Virus record (IMG/VR): IMGVR_UViG_3300028800_000069
Coordinates: 18,728-82,727 of that record
From: a virus
Reading direction: 5' to 3' (one strand)
DNA length: 64,000 bases
Positions 19,484 to 28,025 of this stretch are shown piece after piece. A program made the translations under genes and the position numbers. Under the pieces are notes generated by a model. It searched no databases, had not been told where the DNA came from, and saw only the letters and a list, made by a program, of their open reading frames with translations. The number at the start of each line of letters is the position of its first letter. Positions within the stretch are counted from its first letter, which is position 1.

Positions 19484-19615
19484 ATGTACGAATACAAACT
19501 CGCAATAGATGATGAGGACTACTTCCCTACTCCTGAAGATGAGCCTGAAGATGAGTGGTGGGAGGAAGAGGAAGACACCTATGACTTCCCCGAGAACTGG
19601 GAGATGGACGAGTGA
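19484..19615 (+). CDS. Small highly acidic protein
   Basis: AAGGAGGAG RBS; MYEYKLAIDDEDYF... Confidence 0.5.
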   Translation: MYEYKLAIDDEDYFPTPEDEPEDEWWEEEEDTYDFPENWEMDE

Positions 19616-19625
19616 GAGGCTTAAT

Positions 19626-20024
19626 ATGGCGAAGTGTAATACAGTAGACAGGGGGTTCTCCGTGGCGTTTGCTACGGCACAGCTAAGCGATGCGCCACGC
19701 GCAGGTTTGAAGATGGGAGCCGCGTTGTATAGTGGTTCCCGTCTTCTGTCTGTAGGAGCAAACCTGTACGGTCGCAGCCATCCGGCATCAGAGCAGTCGA
19801 ATGCATTCTGGCGCAGTACGCATTGCGAACACGTAGCGCTGTTGAAACGGCAGCACTACGACAACCCTAGCGGACTTACGCTGTACGTAGCACGTAGGCG
19901 CAAGGATGGCAGCATAGGCAGTTCAAGGCCCTGCAAGAATTGTGTAGACCTGTGCAGGCTGGCAGGAGTATCACGCGTGTGGTTTTATGATTCGTATGGC
20001 AACCGAGAGGAGATTGCACTGTGA
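19626..20024 (+). CDS. Zn-dependent cytidine/dCMP deaminase-family protein
   Basis: HCE (HxE) and SRPCKNC (PCxxC) motifs. Confidence 0.85.
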   Translation: MAKCNTVDRGFSVAFATAQLSDAPRAGLKMGAALYSGSRLLSVGANLYGRSHPASEQSNAFWRSTHCEHVALLKRQHYDNPSGLTLYVARRRKDGSIGSSRPCKNCVDLCRLAGVSRVWFYDSYGNREEIAL

Positions 20025-20344
20025 CCAAAGCAGAAGTATATGAAGCATGCCTGCACGCAACATTGTCCTTCAAAGGACTGCCGGAAGAGGAGATTAACTC
20101 TGGTCAATGCTTTGATTGGGCAACGATTGTGTTCGATCTAATCGAAGGCTCCAAGATTGCAGGCCACAACGTGAATGGCTGTGGGCATTGCTGGGTAGAG
20201 TACAAGGGACTGTGCTTCGACGCAGAGGTTCCACGAGGGGTCAAGGACTGGAAGACTCTGCCGTTCTGGAAGCGCATACGCAAAGAAGCTGGTGAAGAGG
20301 AATGGCAGGTTGCTGTGAAGCGCACTGCGTACTGTTGCAAGTAG
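20021..20344 (+). CDS. Hypothetical protein (transglutaminase/papain-like C-H-D pattern)
   Basis: NSGQCFDWA...GHCWV...FDAE. Confidence 0.6.
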   Translation: MTKAEVYEACLHATLSFKGLPEEEINSGQCFDWATIVFDLIEGSKIAGHNVNGCGHCWVEYKGLCFDAEVPRGVKDWKTLPFWKRIRKEAGEEEWQVAVKRTAYCCK

Positions 20345-20363
20345 GGCAAATTTGTGATACAAT
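20335..20363 (+). promoter_or_regulatory. Sigma70-type promoter
   Basis: TTGCAA-17 bp-TACAAT with extended TG. Confidence 0.75.
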
Positions 20364-20387
20364 ACTTAGGGTTGAAAGAGTCTTCAA

Positions 20388-20870
20388 ATGAGAGAACTGC
20401 CGCTAACCAAAGGCTACACAGCAATCTTAGATGACCGAGACTTTGCTGTTGTTTCCCAATACAAATGGCAAGCCCATGTTGCACCGAATACTGTGTATGC
20501 CTATCGCAGCATTTATGACGCAGGAAAACGAAAAAAGATGTATTTGCATCGCTTCTTGTTGGGCATAGAAGACCCAAAGGTAGAAGTAGATCATAAAGAT
20601 CGCAATGGTCTGAACTGCCGCCGTTACAATCTTAGGCCGAGCACCAAGGCTGACAACACCCACAATACCCGAGCACACAAAGATAGTTCTTCAGGTTTCA
20701 AAGGAGTATCGCGTAATCATGGCAAATGGATTGTCCAGATACGAGGTAAATGCATAGGCAGGTTTACTAATGCCTATGATGCAGCGCGTGCCTATGATGT
20801 GGCAGCACTGAAGTTCTTTGGGGAGTTTGCCAAAACCAACGTAATGCTTGGACTTCTGGAGGTACAATGA
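20388..20870 (+). CDS. HNH-AP2 homing endonuclease
   Basis: LHRFLL...VDHKDRNGLNCRRYNLR; AP2 GFKGVS...AARAYD..A..FFGEFA. Confidence 0.92.
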   Translation: MRELPLTKGYTAILDDRDFAVVSQYKWQAHVAPNTVYAYRSIYDAGKRKKMYLHRFLLGIEDPKVEVDHKDRNGLNCRRYNLRPSTKADNTHNTRAHKDSSSGFKGVSRNHGKWIVQIRGKCIGRFTNAYDAARAYDVAALKFFGEFAKTNVMLGLLEVQ

Positions 20871-21106
20871 AAGTAGTGAACGTACAAGCGACATTCCCAC
20901 AATTGAAAGGCGGCAACTCTGGTCAAAAAGGGCGCGGAGAAGGATGCAACGTCACTTCCGCCACAAGAGCCGCTATTGCAGACCTGTTCAAACATATTAA
21001 AGTCCGCAAGACATTCACCGAATTCACCGCCAAGTTTCAGGTGCGAGATTTAGAAGAAGAGCAGGCAGCAGAGCCACAATCCAAGGACGGAATCGGAGGA
21101 TACTAA
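20867..21106 (+). CDS. Hypothetical protein
   Basis: GGAGG RBS, ATGA overlap. Confidence 0.65.
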   Translation: MKVVNVQATFPQLKGGNSGQKGRGEGCNVTSATRAAIADLFKHIKVRKTFTEFTAKFQVRDLEEEQAAEPQSKDGIGGY

Positions 21107-22438
21107 GTGATTCTAAAGTTGAAAGACATTCTGCCCAATCCTTTTCGTGATCTGAAGGCCAACCCGCTGATCGAAGCGAAGGTCGTCAGTTTGGTGGACT
21201 CAATCAATCTCACAGGGTTCTGGGACAACGTGGTCGTACGGAAGAACGCGGAGGGGAAGTATGAGTGTGCCTACGGGCACCACCGCATAGCCGCTGCGCT
21301 CCGCGCTGGTCTCGTTGAAGCTGACTTCATCGTAAAGAAATTAGACGATGCAGCAATGATTCAGATCATGGATAACGAGAACCGAGAAACTTACGGCTCT
21401 ACGCCTGCATCACTCATCGAGTCAGTAAAAGCGATTGTAAAGGCACTGGCCGCTGGGAATATACCTGCATTTGTAGTTGATCCAAAGACTCGCAAAGACC
21501 TAACTTACTACGCTCCGTCTTTTGTTCCGGGGACATCATCCCCACCGAGTGGGGATCATCCCTATACAGCTTTATGTATCTCTGTGTTCTTAGGTAGAGC
21601 GCGAAAAGGTGGGAAAGAAGCACACAAAGGTGTAGTGGCTGCTTTGGATGCCTTGTACTTAAAAGAACGCGGTCGATTCAACGATTCGTTGTTGGTCACC
21701 AAAGATAAGACAGGTACAAAGGTTCCTATCACCACCAATGAATTGCTAAGAATCACAAGTGACATAAAGCGCGACGTTGAACACACAGACAAACGCGCAG
21801 TAGAGTCTAAGCAAACGGCAGCGGAGTTCGACAAACAGCAACGCGCTATTCAAGCACAGCTAAAAGCAGTAGAGGCTGAGGCTGAGGCAGCACGTAAGAA
21901 GCTGGTGTCAGACCTTGCCAAGGCAAAAGTTGAGGAGAACAAACCAAAGGTTGAAGCTATCAAAGAGCGGATAAAGGAGAAGGAAGACCGCGCTGTTGAA
22001 AAGAAGCTAGACCTAGAAGTACGCGCTGCGGAACTCGACAAGAAAGTTGAGCAACGCAAAGCACAAGAGGCCGAGCAGAAAAAAGAAGACGCGTACCTTG
22101 CTATCAAAAGAGAGGCAGAGCGTATCCTTCACAAGCTAGAAGGAGACACAGCCACTACAAAAGAAGCACTGGTAGCAGAGATCAAATCTCTGAGCCGTCT
22201 AGCACTGAACAACACCGACCGTGAGCGTTTGCGGCAGGCTGCGCTAACGTACGGCACATGGTACTGTGAATGGGCTGCACAGCAGTTCCTGCCTCCTTTC
22301 GCACCCACCAAGCGCCTAGACGAGTATCGCAGCAGAGAAGCAGCAACCCGTCGAGCAGCAGAAGCGAAGGCCGAAAGGGAACGAGAGAAAGCCGAGCGTA
22401 AAGCCGCAAAGGAGAAGAATGCTAAATCTAAGAAGTGA
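21107..22438 (+). CDS. ParB/Srx N-terminal domain protein with long coiled coil
   Basis: PNPFR...SINLTGFW..VVVR...YECAYGHHRIAA...ENRE; K/E/A-rich C-terminus. Confidence 0.8.
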   Translation: MILKLKDILPNPFRDLKANPLIEAKVVSLVDSINLTGFWDNVVVRKNAEGKYECAYGHHRIAAALRAGLVEADFIVKKLDDAAMIQIMDNENRETYGSTPASLIESVKAIVKALAAGNIPAFVVDPKTRKDLTYYAPSFVPGTSSPPSGDHPYTALCISVFLGRARKGGKEAHKGVVAALDALYLKERGRFNDSLLVTKDKTGTKVPITTNELLRITSDIKRDVEHTDKRAVESKQTAAEFDKQQRAIQAQLKAVEAEAEAARKKLVSDLAKAKVEENKPKVEAIKERIKEKEDRAVEKKLDLEVRAAELDKKVEQRKAQEAEQKKEDAYLAIKREAERILHKLEGDTATTKEALVAEIKSLSRLALNNTDRERLRQAALTYGTWYCEWAAQQFLPPFAPTKRLDEYRSREAATRRAAEAKAEREREKAERKAAKEKNAKSKK

Positions 22439-22865
22439 AAGCATCAGCAACGAACGCGTAAATGAGGATGTGGTCGGTAGCTTCTGTGGCCAGCGTATAG
22501 TCACGATTGACGCATTAGGTGCTGACGCAGACGAGGTGGCAGACCTGCACCTCAGGCTTATGGCAAGCTCTGGTACTAGTTTCCCGGCAGAGGTTTTACC
22601 GGGAGAAGAGGTGTGCGCAGACGGAATCATCAGACGCACTACGACAGCAGAGGCTGTAGGCTACGACACTTACCACAACCAAGAACAAATAGAGACCGGA
22701 CAGAAGCGCGTATCCATAGCAGACGCACGGAAAGCCGCAAAGGATGGAGCAGTGGTTTACTTCCGACCAAACCGTGCCACGCTTGAAGTATATACTGTGG
22801 GAACAGAACTGCCTTGCTTGACTACTGAACCGGAGCCGTACGCTTTGATTAAAGAAGGTGATTGA
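22419..22865 (+). CDS. Hypothetical protein
   Basis: AAGGAG RBS. Confidence 0.6.
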   Translation: MLNLRSESISNERVNEDVVGSFCGQRIVTIDALGADADEVADLHLRLMASSGTSFPAEVLPGEEVCADGIIRRTTTAEAVGYDTYHNQEQIETGQKRVSIADARKAAKDGAVVYFRPNRATLEVYTVGTELPCLTTEPEPYALIKEGD

Positions 22866-23062
22866 TGCTCAGCCTAAAGGAGGAGCAGTCCGCTATGCGA
22901 GAGCGATGGGCTGATCCTGCCTATCGCTGGGAGCATGACTCAGAACTAAGAAAACGTTTTGTAAAGGAGTTCCGTGACAGACACGAACCGCAGGTACCTA
23001 GCAGCATGCAGAGCACAGGCCGCGAAGCTGAAGAAGGAACACGAGAAAAAGGAGAAGGATAA
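22862..23062 (+). CDS. Hypothetical protein
   Basis: Overlap coupling. Confidence 0.55.
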   Translation: MMLSLKEEQSAMRERWADPAYRWEHDSELRKRFVKEFRDRHEPQVPSSMQSTGREAEEGTREKGEG

Positions 23063-23254
23063 ATGCCTAGGCAAAAGCGCTACCTGATCGAACGTAACTG
23101 TGGTGGAGAATGGTTTCCATCTTTTAATTTTGACCACAGAAAAAGTGGGCCAACTTTTAAAACCCGTGCAGCTGCACAGCGCGGGTTAAAGAAGTACTGC
23201 AGCAAAGGGATAAAGTATCGTATCGTGCCTTATGCTAAAGGAGAATCAAAGTAA
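23063..23254 (+). CDS. Small basic protein
   Basis: AAGGAG RBS, abutting ORFs. Confidence 0.6.
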   Translation: MPRQKRYLIERNCGGEWFPSFNFDHRKSGPTFKTRAAAQRGLKKYCSKGIKYRIVPYAKGESK

Positions 23255-24793
23255 GTGAGTTTTGCTGATCTGATTGCGAAGAAGTCCGGCGCGGGGTCCG
23301 ATGAAGAGTCGTACCCCGAAGCCGAGCTACCCCAACGCTCTGGAGGGCTAGAAGCATTCATCCAGAAGTTTGGGCATGTGTCGGAAGAGTACAAGTTCTA
23401 CAACGATGAAGTCACGCTGCGTTTTAACAAAGACGAATGGCGCTGGTATCGCGTAGCAGAACTGGGTAACCTAATACCTCTGAACGGTGTGACCAATACT
23501 GTAGGCATCATCGACAAGTCTCACATGCTAACACCATGGGCAGCGAAGATGATGGCGCAGAAGTTGCTGCGCATTATGCCTACGGAAATGGTAGAGGGCA
23601 TCATACGTATTAAGGCCCTGACATTCGAAGAGTTCACCACCATTGTTCTAGAAGCCAAGGGAGCACACAAAGAAAAGCTAGATGAAGCTGGGGACATAGG
23701 TCACATGGCGCATGCGTGCCTTGAAGACTCTATCAACCACGCTATGCAGAACGATCCAGAAAGGATTGTACGCTCCTTAATAAACATACCTGCCGATGTG
23801 CAAGCAGCCAACGCGGCTGGCAGTGGCTTCAACTGGATGCAGAAGCACAACGTGCGCTGGTTAGAGACGGAATCTAAAATCTATTCCCGTGAGCACGGTT
23901 ATGCTGGTACAATGGATGGATTAGCAATTTGTGATTCTTGCAACGACAAGGCGTGCTGCCCTGAGGTATTCAAAGATCGACTCAGCCTCATCGATTGGAA
24001 ATCGTCGAACTACTTGAAAATCGAGTACCTGTTTCAGACAGCCAGCTACAAACACGCTAAGATGGAAGAGCACCCTGAGTTGAATATTCTCGACACATGG
24101 ATTCTCCGTCTTGGGAAGAGTGATGAGGAAGCTGGTAAGTTTGAGCCATGGCACATGACTCCTAAAGACTACGAGGAAGACTTCCAAGGGTTCTTGGCAT
24201 GTCTATCACTCACTCGCTTGGTGGACAGCGTAGAAGAGCGCATGAAGTCTCAGAAGAGCACTATACGCGCTGTGAAGAAAGAGCAGAAGGCAACGGCTAA
24301 GGCAATCGCCAAGGAACAAGAGAAGCTACAGAAGGCGATTGACAAAGCGGCTGCAAAGGTAGCAAAGGAAGCAGAGAAGCAACGTATCAAAGCAGAGGCC
24401 AAAGCAGAGCGCGAGCGGCTGAAAGCTGAGAAGAAACTTGGCAAAATAATGCCAGTGACCACAGCGGTTGCAAAGATGTTGGACGTGGCTGTTGACACTG
24501 CTGATTTGCCCGAAGGAATATTACCACGCGTTGATGACGTGGTGTTTATAGGAGGAGCAACATGTACGTCTACATTAAATCCGAAACCGGACTCTATACC
24601 GTTGGTTTCTACACTCCCGCCTCCAGTTGGGGAGACCCAGCCTTCATCTCTGAGTCCGACCACACCAGTGCAAAGGACGCAGCAGACAGAGTCCACTACC
24701 TTAACGGCGGAGATTAACACGCAACACGGACCCGGATTTTACATCGAGTCAGAAGAGCCATCAGCATTACCGTTTGCTTTACCCATGGAATAG
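23255..24793 (+). CDS. PD-(D/E)XK exonuclease (recombination nuclease)
   Basis: GVT..GIIDK..L.PWA; GHMAH; ETE...YAGTMD; LIDWKSS; QTASY. Confidence 0.85.
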   Translation: MSFADLIAKKSGAGSDEESYPEAELPQRSGGLEAFIQKFGHVSEEYKFYNDEVTLRFNKDEWRWYRVAELGNLIPLNGVTNTVGIIDKSHMLTPWAAKMMAQKLLRIMPTEMVEGIIRIKALTFEEFTTIVLEAKGAHKEKLDEAGDIGHMAHACLEDSINHAMQNDPERIVRSLINIPADVQAANAAGSGFNWMQKHNVRWLETESKIYSREHGYAGTMDGLAICDSCNDKACCPEVFKDRLSLIDWKSSNYLKIEYLFQTASYKHAKMEEHPELNILDTWILRLGKSDEEAGKFEPWHMTPKDYEEDFQGFLACLSLTRLVDSVEERMKSQKSTIRAVKKEQKATAKAIAKEQEKLQKAIDKAAAKVAKEAEKQRIKAEAKAERERLKAEKKLGKIMPVTTAVAKMLDVAVDTADLPEGILPRVDDVVFIGGATCTSTLNPKPDSIPLVSTLPPPVGETQPSSLSPTTPVQRTQQTESTTLTAEINTQHGPGFYIESEEPSALPFALPME

Positions 24794-24807
24794 GAGAACT
24801 AATAACA

Positions 24808-25767
24808 ATGCCTGAAGAAACAAATCAACCACAGCAGTTGACCGTGCTTAACCGCGCTCCACAAGAACTGGTCGTGGCACAGCGTGTCAATGCGTTAGCG
24901 AAGTTGTTCCAGTTAAAGCCGAAGACATTGGAGCTAGTCTCTAAGTCCACACGCCAAGAAGGTGCTGAGCCGGGAACGTTCCGCGTTACCTCTACGAATG
25001 AAAAGTTCAAAGAGCTACGCGCTGTGATCCTGTTCGAACCTTTGGAACAGCGCGAGAAGTATCGCAAGGGAGAGTACACGAAGGATTCTAAGGAATGCTT
25101 CTCTCTCGATAATGTACAGCCTCACCCTAAGGCACGTACTCCATTTGCACTGTACTGTGCAAACTGCCCCATGGGAGACAACGTGAACTGGCCGAAGTAT
25201 CGTGAAGCAAAGGCAAAGGGGATTAGTGGAGAAGCACTCTCCGCGTATCTGCCTCCTTGCCGTAAGTTCTGGCACTTGTTCATCGCGTCACGTGAGACGC
25301 AGCGTCCGTACTACTTCAATGTTAAGGGCGGAAGTGTGAAGCCCTTTGAAGATGCTATGCAAAACGTAGCGGACCTGTTCCAAATGATTATCCAAAACAT
25401 GAAAGCAGAGAACAAGACGCATGCCGCAAAGGGCGAGCCGCAAGTTCCTCTTCCAACAAGCATTGGAGACATCATCTGGCACATCAGCTTCACGATGTAC
25501 GCGTGGCAGCAGAACGGTGGTCAGTTTAAGCTGGGCATGAAAGACTTTAAGGTGATGTCTGAAGAAGACCGCAAGGACTTCGGTAAGATCATCGAAGATG
25601 TCAAGGCACGCCGCGAAGCTGGCCAACTGCAAACTCAAGAGGCGAGCGAGGCAGAAGAAGAAGCTGCCGTAGTAAGTGAACCAGCAGCCGGAAGCATTCC
25701 GGTCGCACAAGTCACCTCGGTCACGACCAACGAAGTTGCCGAGAAAAACAAGCAGATTCAAATCTAA
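24808..25767 (+). CDS. Putative ssDNA-binding or annealing protein with Zn-binding motif
   Basis: Follows exonuclease; CFSLD...CANCP...PPC; acidic tail; function inferred. Confidence 0.5.
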   Translation: MPEETNQPQQLTVLNRAPQELVVAQRVNALAKLFQLKPKTLELVSKSTRQEGAEPGTFRVTSTNEKFKELRAVILFEPLEQREKYRKGEYTKDSKECFSLDNVQPHPKARTPFALYCANCPMGDNVNWPKYREAKAKGISGEALSAYLPPCRKFWHLFIASRETQRPYYFNVKGGSVKPFEDAMQNVADLFQMIIQNMKAENKTHAAKGEPQVPLPTSIGDIIWHISFTMYAWQQNGGQFKLGMKDFKVMSEEDRKDFGKIIEDVKARREAGQLQTQEASEAEEEAAVVSEPAAGSIPVAQVTSVTTNEVAEKNKQIQI

Positions 25768-25968
25768 GTTGTCGGACTAAAGTCCGGCTGGTGGAGGAAC
25801 GCATGGCATTAGCTGTGCGCTCCCCGGAGATCGACTCAGGGTCTCCGAAGTAACAGAGCCTAAAGATGCCTGTACATAGATATGTAACGCACACAGGGCG
25901 CGGTGGAACACTCTGTTACTTTGAAGGCCCTGAGCCTTGAACCAAAACAAATTACAAAGGAGAACACA

Positions 25969-26166
25969 ATGCAATCACGCACACCTGAAGGCAAGCACAC
26001 CAAGCGGTTCATCATCTTAGTCGCGGGATCGGACAAGCAATACGTTCGCTCTGGAAACGATGGGCTTAGAGGGTTTTTTGCCACGAAGGAAGAGGCTCAG
26101 GCCGCTCTGGAACCATCCAAGGGTTTGACCAGCACAGGTTTGACCTACAAAGTTCGACAGAAGTAA
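25969..26166 (+). CDS. Small basic protein
   Basis: AAGGAG RBS; FATKEEAQAAL. Confidence 0.65.
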   Translation: MQSRTPEGKHTKRFIILVAGSDKQYVRSGNDGLRGFFATKEEAQAALEPSKGLTSTGLTYKVRQK

Positions 26167-26186
26167 GTCACCAAGTTACACACGTC

Positions 26187-26620
26187 AAAGAATGATTGCA
26201 GCATTGCAACACCTCGGTTCGAATCCGAGCAGGTCCACCAAGGGACATACATGCTGTGTACAGGCATGACACTCAAGAGCGGCGGCTGGTTAACTCAGAC
26301 CGTGCAGCGTATCAGCGAAGAACTGGACCGCAGAGTGTAAGCTGGGGAACGGCATCCCTACTGTATGTATGCCCCTCGGTGGGCCTGATACTGGTTATCG
26401 ACTGCGATGGACTGAGATCATTTTCGTGTCGGATTCTGCCTCGCCACGTTACGGAGAGTCAAAACCAAAAATGCTAACGATAACATCGTTTCTGCACCCA
26501 TGAAGGCTATGGGCGCTGCTGCTGGTCGCTAAAGCAGTAGTGCAGTCTCACCACGCGGACCCCGGCTCAGTCCGGGGCCACCCGCAGTGGGAAAGTGTGG
26601 GGAGCAATACCAACGTCTGG
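26187..26620 (+). ncRNA. ssrA: Circularly permuted (two-piece) tmRNA: acceptor piece ~26187-26240, intervening segment 26241-26380, coding piece from 26381
   Basis: T-arm CTCGG-TTCGAAT-CCGAG then CAGGTCC-A-CCA lies upstream of GGGCCTG (7-bp acceptor stem, G3:U70); helix 2 TGCGATG/CATTGCA and ATCATT/AATGAT; tag 26473-26532 ANDNIVSAPMKAMGAAAGR*. 3' end approximate. Confidence 0.92.
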
Positions 26621-26639
26621 AGAATTAGAGGAACATTAA

Positions 26640-27704
26640 ATGGGTAAATTTATCACCAAGTTTGTGGGTACACTGTTTTTACTTGTAGCTAGTTGTTTTG
26701 GGCAAACGCAGGCTCCGCTGCTGGTAAACGGAGCAACGAATCCAACCGCCATACCGGATAACGCAGCATACAGTTTAGTTTTCAGAATGCTGGCTGCTCC
26801 GCTACAGACTCCTACTAGCACAAGAATAGGTTTAGTAGGATTGACTACTCCTGCTGATGTAACTGCGCTCACAAATAGCATGGGTTCATTTGCGACACAA
26901 GCGTTTAGTCAGCAGCCACCGGATCAACTAGCGCTAGGTCAACAGTACCTATCACAGCTTCAGGTGTCCATGACCGCCACAGGTATTGGACAGTTGCAAA
27001 CTTTTGTGCAGGCACAAAAATCACGCGCAGCAGAATGGGGAATGTTCTCTAAGGGCTGCACAGGTGGAGTGTATACTCTTTACACCTACACCTATGCATT
27101 TTCTGACGACTACGGAGATTCTAATTCTGATTGGGATTTCTATGGTGACGGAATAGGCGTAGGTACGTGCAACTGTAGCGTAACTGCCACTGGCTCATCT
27201 TTAACCATCGACTCCAACGTCACACATGGTGTTGTAAGAGGAAGTACAACCTATGTTGAAAAAATCATGGCCAATGGAGGCACCTCGCTGTTTGCTGGCA
27301 CAGGTGCAATAACAACAGAGTATTTCAGCTACTATTTCTACACGGGTTGCGTAGGGTCAGTTGTAGTTACGTGGTCGATACAAAATGAGTTTGCGTACAC
27401 TAAGTTTGCCAACGTTGGTCTTAGGCTTGGCGGTGGATGCCAAGTAGTACTTGGTTCTCCTGTCTGTACCTATTCTGTGACACCTATCTGTACAAACACT
27501 AACAGTCCTGACTGGAGATACCCCGGAGGGCCTATACCTGATGCATGGATACGTGACTATGATTTTCTTGCTTGGAGATCAGTAGGTGTGTGCACAAGAG
27601 TTGTTTTTGGAAGTACACACAGCACTTGGCTATGCATTAACTCAGTAGTTGGTACGATAGGCACCGGAGATTTGACACCGGGCATTTGTACGTACAACCC
27701 GTAA
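26640..27704 (+). CDS. Secreted Cys/Thr/Gly-rich protein (moron-like)
   Basis: GAGGA RBS; signal peptide; Cys-rich beta-type C-terminal half; own terminator. Confidence 0.75.
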   Translation: MGKFITKFVGTLFLLVASCFGQTQAPLLVNGATNPTAIPDNAAYSLVFRMLAAPLQTPTSTRIGLVGLTTPADVTALTNSMGSFATQAFSQQPPDQLALGQQYLSQLQVSMTATGIGQLQTFVQAQKSRAAEWGMFSKGCTGGVYTLYTYTYAFSDDYGDSNSDWDFYGDGIGVGTCNCSVTATGSSLTIDSNVTHGVVRGSTTYVEKIMANGGTSLFAGTGAITTEYFSYYFYTGCVGSVVVTWSIQNEFAYTKFANVGLRLGGGCQVVLGSPVCTYSVTPICTNTNSPDWRYPGGPIPDAWIRDYDFLAWRSVGVCTRVVFGSTHSTWLCINSVVGTIGTGDLTPGICTYNP

Positions 27705-27712
27705 ACGAGAGT

Positions 27713-27744
27713 GGGAGGGACAGAACATCGTCCCTTCCTATTAT
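27713..27744 (+). terminator. Probable terminator hairpin
   Basis: GGGAGGGAC/GTCCCTTCC stem, weak T tail. Confidence 0.5.
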
Positions 27745-27782
27745 GCAAGGAGAGACAGTGCCATATTTCAAAGGAGAACATC

Positions 27783-27980
27783 ATGAATAGACTTACCGCA
27801 TTAAGCAAGCTGGCAAATGCATACCATGATCAGTTAGCGCAACACGGATGCATGAGCGAAGCTGTAGCAATACTTGAAGAGAAATTTGGTTACATCCGTC
27901 GTAGCCTTACACTGCAAGACCTGAAGCCACAACCAAAGAACGCAGAGGGGCTGAACCCTGTCGGACCAAAGTTTTTCTAA
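27783..27980 (+). CDS. Hypothetical protein
   Basis: AAGGAG RBS. Confidence 0.65.
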   Translation: MNRLTALSKLANAYHDQLAQHGCMSEAVAILEEKFGYIRRSLTLQDLKPQPKNAEGLNPVGPKFF

Positions 27981-28025
27981 GCAGACACGCGGTTAACGAG
28001 ACCACCAGTCACAAAAAGGGGGAAT

